Shown here: in pieces, positions 23,977 to 26,819 of the stretch
How the letters are laid out: each line of letters begins with the position of its first letter
Position numbering within the stretch: position 1 is the first letter of the stretch
DNA from: an uncultured Candidatus Saccharibacteria bacterium
GTDB lineage: Bacteria; Patescibacteriota; Minisyncoccia; Minisyncoccales; UBA1441
DNA length: 26,819 bases
Reading direction: 5' to 3'
Assembly: GCA_964437355.1 (NCBI GenBank)
Contig: CAYTGH010000001.1
Location: forward strand, 1 to 26,819
The notes under the pieces: model-generated
Told to the model about the DNA's origin: nothing
The model's database searches: none
The model's input: only the letters and a program-made list of their open reading frames with translations
Translations under genes and position numbers: made by a program

Positions 23977-24049
23977 GCCCTTATGGCTCAAATGGATAGA
24001 GCGCAACCCTCCGGAGGTTGAGGTGAAGGTTCGAGTCCTTCTAGGGGCA
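23977..24049 (+). tRNA. tRNA-Arg(CCG), CCA not encoded
   Basis: Acceptor GCCCTTA/TAGGGGC, D arm GCTC/GAGC with A20, anticodon arm CAACC-CTCCGGA-GGTTG, T arm GAAGG-TTCGAGT-CCTTC, discriminator A followed by CTA. Confidence 0.97.
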
Positions 24050-24126
24050 CTACTAGAAAGAGTAAACATCTATTGAAAACATTAATATAGAGAATAAAAA
24101 ACATCTGCTCTTTTAAACTCAAAGCC

Positions 24127-24136
24127 AAGGAGGTGA
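24127..24136 (+). promoter_or_regulatory. Perfect Shine-Dalgarno AAGGAGGTGA
   Basis: Lies 5 nt upstream of the ATG at 24142. Confidence 0.85.
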
Positions 24137-24141
24137 GAATT

Positions 24142-24333
24142 ATGATTTCTCGTTTAAGCAGGTTTTCTCGAGCTAAGACATCCTTCGTAGCATTATCGGT
24201 CTTAACTCTTTTTACAGGACTCATCGGCCTTATAGGAGGGCAATGGATTATCGCCGGCGTTTTATTATTTGTTGCCTTAACTAGCTTTCTTCTGGCAAAA
24301 ATTGCCTCAAAAGCTACTTTTCCTAAGGGTTGA
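24142..24333 (+). CDS. Small (63 aa) two-TM membrane protein of unknown function
   Basis: Perfect SD, basic N-terminus, two hydrophobic helices, downstream hairpin. Confidence 0.75.
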   Translation: MISRLSRFSRAKTSFVALSVLTLFTGLIGLIGGQWIIAGVLLFVALTSFLLAKIASKATFPKG

Positions 24334-24348
24334 AAACCCCAATCAATG

Positions 24349-24389
24349 AGCTCTCCGTAAGAGGTCAATTTACGGAGAGCTTTCCCTTT
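24349..24389 (+). terminator. Hairpin / probable intrinsic terminator
   Basis: Perfect 12-bp stem AGCTCTCCGTAA (24349-60) / TTACGGAGAGCT (24370-81), 9-nt loop, imperfect U-tract TTCCCTTT. Confidence 0.7.
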
Positions 24390-24415
24390 GACCTCTGAGT
24401 GAAATTTGATAAAAT
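24388..24415 (+). promoter_or_regulatory. Sigma70 promoter for the 24437-26306 genes
   Basis: TTGACC (24388-93), 16 bp, extended -10 TGaTAAAAT (24407-15). Confidence 0.7.
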
Positions 24416-24436
24416 AAAGAAAGTTTAAATCTAGCT

Positions 24437-24697
24437 ATGTCTAATCAAAAAGAAGAAATTTTAGTCGGGAAAATCACTCACTTCTTTCAAAAGATTATGG
24501 TGGCTGTCCTTAAGCTTTCTAAAAGCTTAGAAATGGGAGACGAGATTAGAATCCAAGGCGGAGAGGTTGACTTCACTCAGAAGGTGAAATCTATGGAGAT
24601 GGATCATCAGAAAGTGAAGAAAGCAAAGGCAGGTCAGTCTGTTGGTATGAAAGTAGAGGCAAAAGTTCATCCCGGCTATAAGGTTTTCAAAATTTAA
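24437..24697 (+). CDS. Small EF-Tu domain II / U32 C-terminal-like beta-barrel protein
   Basis: VGKITHFFQKIMVAVLKL...GDEIRIQG...FTQKVKSMEMDH...AKAGQSVGMKV, the pattern of the stand-alone 'translation elongation factor-like' proteins. Confidence 0.8.
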   Translation: MSNQKEEILVGKITHFFQKIMVAVLKLSKSLEMGDEIRIQGGEVDFTQKVKSMEMDHQKVKKAKAGQSVGMKVEAKVHPGYKVFKI

Positions 24698-24710
24698 TTA
24701 CTTTTTAATT

Positions 24711-25160
24711 ATGACAGGGGTCTGCTTAGGTGAAGTAAATCTTCAAGTGGTTTTCCAATTATTGCTCGCTGTCGCTTTGGGAGGATTAATTGGTATTGAA
24801 AGAAAACAGCAAGGAAGAATGGCTGGCTTGAGGACTTTTGCTTTGGTCTCGTTGGCTTGTGCCCTTTTTACTATTCTCTCTTTGGGGCTCATGGATCTTT
24901 CCTATTCTCAACCCGTAAGTTTTGATCCGATCAGGATTGTTCAATCTATTGCTATTGGATTTGGATTTTTGGGAGGAGGAATTATTATCTACCGGCGTTT
25001 TCAATTAGAAGGATTTACAACAGCGGTTGCTTTGTGGATTACCGCCGCTATTGGTATTAGCGTGGGTTTAAAATTTTATTTTTTAGCGGCACTTGTTACC
25101 CTTATCGTTATAATAGTTTTGTCGGGTTTCCGACATATTGAAAAAAGAATTTGGGAATAG
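24711..25160 (+). CDS. MgtC/SapB family membrane protein
   Basis: LGGLIGIER...AGLRTFALVS, DPIRIVQSIAIGFGFLGGG, GFTTAVALW. No C-terminal ACT domain. Confidence 0.93.
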   Translation: MTGVCLGEVNLQVVFQLLLAVALGGLIGIERKQQGRMAGLRTFALVSLACALFTILSLGLMDLSYSQPVSFDPIRIVQSIAIGFGFLGGGIIIYRRFQLEGFTTAVALWITAAIGISVGLKFYFLAALVTLIVIIVLSGFRHIEKRIWE

Positions 25161-26306
25161 ATGAACAAAAAGATTATTTCAGCAACTGCTAGTTTAATAG
25201 GAGCGGTTATTGGAGCCGGTCTTTTTGTTCTTCCGCATTTTCTAAAAGAGGGAGGATGGTTAACGTTTTTAATTTGTCTCATTATTTTTGGCGGAGGAAT
25301 GATACTTTGCCATTTATTGCTAGCGGAAATTATTCTTCGCACGAAAAAAAGAAAATATTTTACCGGTTATGTCGGGAAATATTTAGGAGAAAGAGCAAGG
25401 CGGCTTTCTTTTCTTTACCTCTTTCCTGGATTAGTTGGTGCTTTGCTTGTCTATATGTTAATGGTCGGGCAATTCTTGTTTCTTTTTGGTCAGCCATGGT
25501 TAAAAATTCCTCCTTTTTACGGCAGTCTGGCTCTTCTGGTCTTTGCTTCCCTTCTTGTTTTCCGAAAAGAGAAAATGTTGCTTAAAACGCAATCAGCATC
25601 ATCTTTTTTTCTTGCTGTTATTTTATTAGCGACTATTGGTTATGCTGCTTTTAAAATTAACCCGGATTCACTAATCGCTTTTGGCAAATCTTTTCCTCTT
25701 GGCTTGCCGGGAATCATTTTCTTTAGCTTGACGGGGTGGAACGCACTCCCAATGATGGCTAGGATTCTCACTACTCCAGAAAATAAAAAAAAGATGGGAG
25801 CCATTATTCTTTTTTCTTTGGGAGGAGTCGCTTTGCTTTATTTTTTATTTAGTCTGGCCTTGACTAGTCTGGGGGTTGATATTATTAATTGGAGCCAAAT
25901 TGATTATCTTTCTGTCTCCAGTTTTTATTTAGTCAAAGTTTTGGCCCTTATTGGTCTCATAGCCGGAGCGGCTTCTTTTTTCAGCTTAGGGAATTATTTG
26001 AAAAACAGTTTAGTGGTTGATTATCATTTCCCTAATCGGTTAGCCATAGGAGCGACTATTCTTTCTCCATTGCTTCTTTATCTTTTATTGGGATCAGGGC
26101 ATTTATTAAGTTTAATGGGTATCGTTGGTGCTTTTTTAGGATCGCTTCAAGGAGGAATTATTCTTTTAATTTTTTTGAAAGCCAGAAAGAGAGGAAATCG
26201 TCCTCCGGAATATTGCTTAAGAAACCCCCGGCTGGCGGCTGGCTATATGGTATTTACTTTAATAGCAGTGACAGTCCTCCAAATTATTTCTCTGCTTAGG
26301 GGGTAG
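25161..26306 (+). CDS. Amino acid permease (aromatic amino acid/HAAAP-like, APC superfamily)
   Basis: LIGAVIGAGLFVLP in TM1 and about 11 TM segments. Substrate not determinable. Confidence 0.82.
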   Translation: MNKKIISATASLIGAVIGAGLFVLPHFLKEGGWLTFLICLIIFGGGMILCHLLLAEIILRTKKRKYFTGYVGKYLGERARRLSFLYLFPGLVGALLVYMLMVGQFLFLFGQPWLKIPPFYGSLALLVFASLLVFRKEKMLLKTQSASSFFLAVILLATIGYAAFKINPDSLIAFGKSFPLGLPGIIFFSLTGWNALPMMARILTTPENKKKMGAIILFSLGGVALLYFLFSLALTSLGVDIINWSQIDYLSVSSFYLVKVLALIGLIAGAASFFSLGNYLKNSLVVDYHFPNRLAIGATILSPLLLYLLLGSGHLLSLMGIVGAFLGSLQGGIILLIFLKARKRGNRPPEYCLRNPRLAAGYMVFTLIAVTVLQIISLLRG

Positions 26307-26315
26307 TTTGTCAAG

Positions 26316-26350
26316 TTGACGATTGTTTCAAGAAGAATTAGCATTATATT
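26316..26350 (+). promoter_or_regulatory. Putative promoter(s) of the Gre-family gene
   Basis: TTGACG (26316-21), 17 bp, TAGCAT (26339-44); alternative TTGTTT, 16 bp, TATATT (26345-50) close to the ATG at 26359. Confidence 0.45.
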
Positions 26351-26358
26351 TAAGACAC

Positions 26359-26819
26359 ATGAAAACAGAACACATATATCTTACTCTTCCGGGGTTGAAG
26401 AAAACTCAAAAGTTTTATCAGCAACTTTGCGATCGCCGCGACAATCAAAATAAAAAAAAGCGATCGGGAATTTCCTCTTTTCTAGAAAACGAAGCGGATG
26501 ATTCTGATTTGGACGTGGTGACGGAGAAGGAAATATTGAGAGGACAAATTGCAGAATACGAGTTTATTCTTCAACATTATCGATTAATTGCTTCGCCTCG
26601 CGGAGATAAAAAGGATAAAGTAGGATTAGGAGCAACCATCCTGGTTGAAATGAATCAGCATGTTCGAAGATTACATATTGTTGATTCTCCTGAAGCTGAT
26701 CCCGATCAAGGGAAGATTAGCTATCTTTCTCCGGTAGCGAAAGCTTTGATGGGGCGGATAGTTGGGGAGGAGGTCAGAGTCAAAGTTATTCCTCCGGAAA
26801 TTATGAAAATCAAGAAGAT
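26359..26819 (+). CDS. GreA/GreB-family transcription factor, 3'-truncated by the window edge (absent from the ORF track)
   Basis: Open frame from ATG 26359 to the end: MKTEHIYLTLPGLKK...KVGLGATILVE...IVDSPEADPDQGKISYLSPVAKALMGRIVGEEV. Confidence 0.9.
   Translation, partial: MKTEHIYLTLPGLKKTQKFYQQLCDRRDNQNKKKRSGISSFLENEADDSDLDVVTEKEILRGQIAEYEFILQHYRLIASPRGDKKDKVGLGATILVEMNQHVRRLHIVDSPEADPDQGKISYLSPVAKALMGRIVGEEVRVKVIPPEIMKIKK

Noticed and set aside
19129-24141. ORF-track starts at 19129 (holA), 23331 (elp3) and 24133 (small ORF)
   Set aside because: Downstream starts fit better: MIYFLYG at 19183, no overlap with the divergent gene at 23307, and SD spacing at 24142 (the GTG at 24133 lies inside the SD).
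24030-24400. Integrated element with an att duplication of the tRNA 3' end
   Set aside because: No second copy of the T-arm/acceptor sequence and no integrase in the window.
24142-24697. Either small protein as a Trm112 homolog
   Set aside because: One is two TM helices and the other a beta-barrel. Neither shows the Trm112/YcaR (LxCP-type) pattern.
23988-25585. ORFs 23988-24368, 24786-25004, 25076-25342, 25256-25585
   Set aside because: The first is antisense to the tRNA and the SD-led small gene; the others shadow mgtC or the permease.
1-26819. Recoded TGA (genetic code 25, Gracilibacteria/Absconditabacteria)
   Set aside because: TGA terminates full-length dnaN, tsaE and the kinase, and genes are intact under code 11.

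Overview
Compact chromosomal housekeeping region starting 51 bp before dnaA. It looks like a Patescibacteria/CPR (Parcubacteria-like) genome (inference from tiny intergenic gaps, near-absence of Shine-Dalgarno sites, the HQLRTP-type kinase and the EDPY-type MurE). TGA is used as a stop, so the code is standard. Contents: dnaA-oriC-dnaN; class A PBP; tyrS; a CsoR-family/trxA/gdhA/trxB operon with a clear operator; DHH-like/PilB-like/lamin-tail/yebC/ruvC; tsaE and a stand-alone 5'-3' exonuclease; a two-component cassette; mutM, holA, rpsT, murE; elp3 head-to-head with a Trm9/ALKBH8-like methyltransferase followed by tRNA-Arg(CCG); small membrane and beta-barrel proteins, MgtC, an amino acid permease and a partial Gre factor. 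No mobile element or CRISPR is supported. Two observations stand out. (1) An Elp3 + Trm9-like pair suggests a eukaryote/archaea-type mcm5U wobble-modification pathway in a bacterium. (2) A 32-bp tandem repeat family occurs at both dnaA and yebC (28/32 identical, ~10 kb apart, opposite strands). It supplies the start codon of each gene and encodes a 7-codon mini-ORF closed by TAA-TAG-TAA. All functional calls come from motif recognition without database searches.
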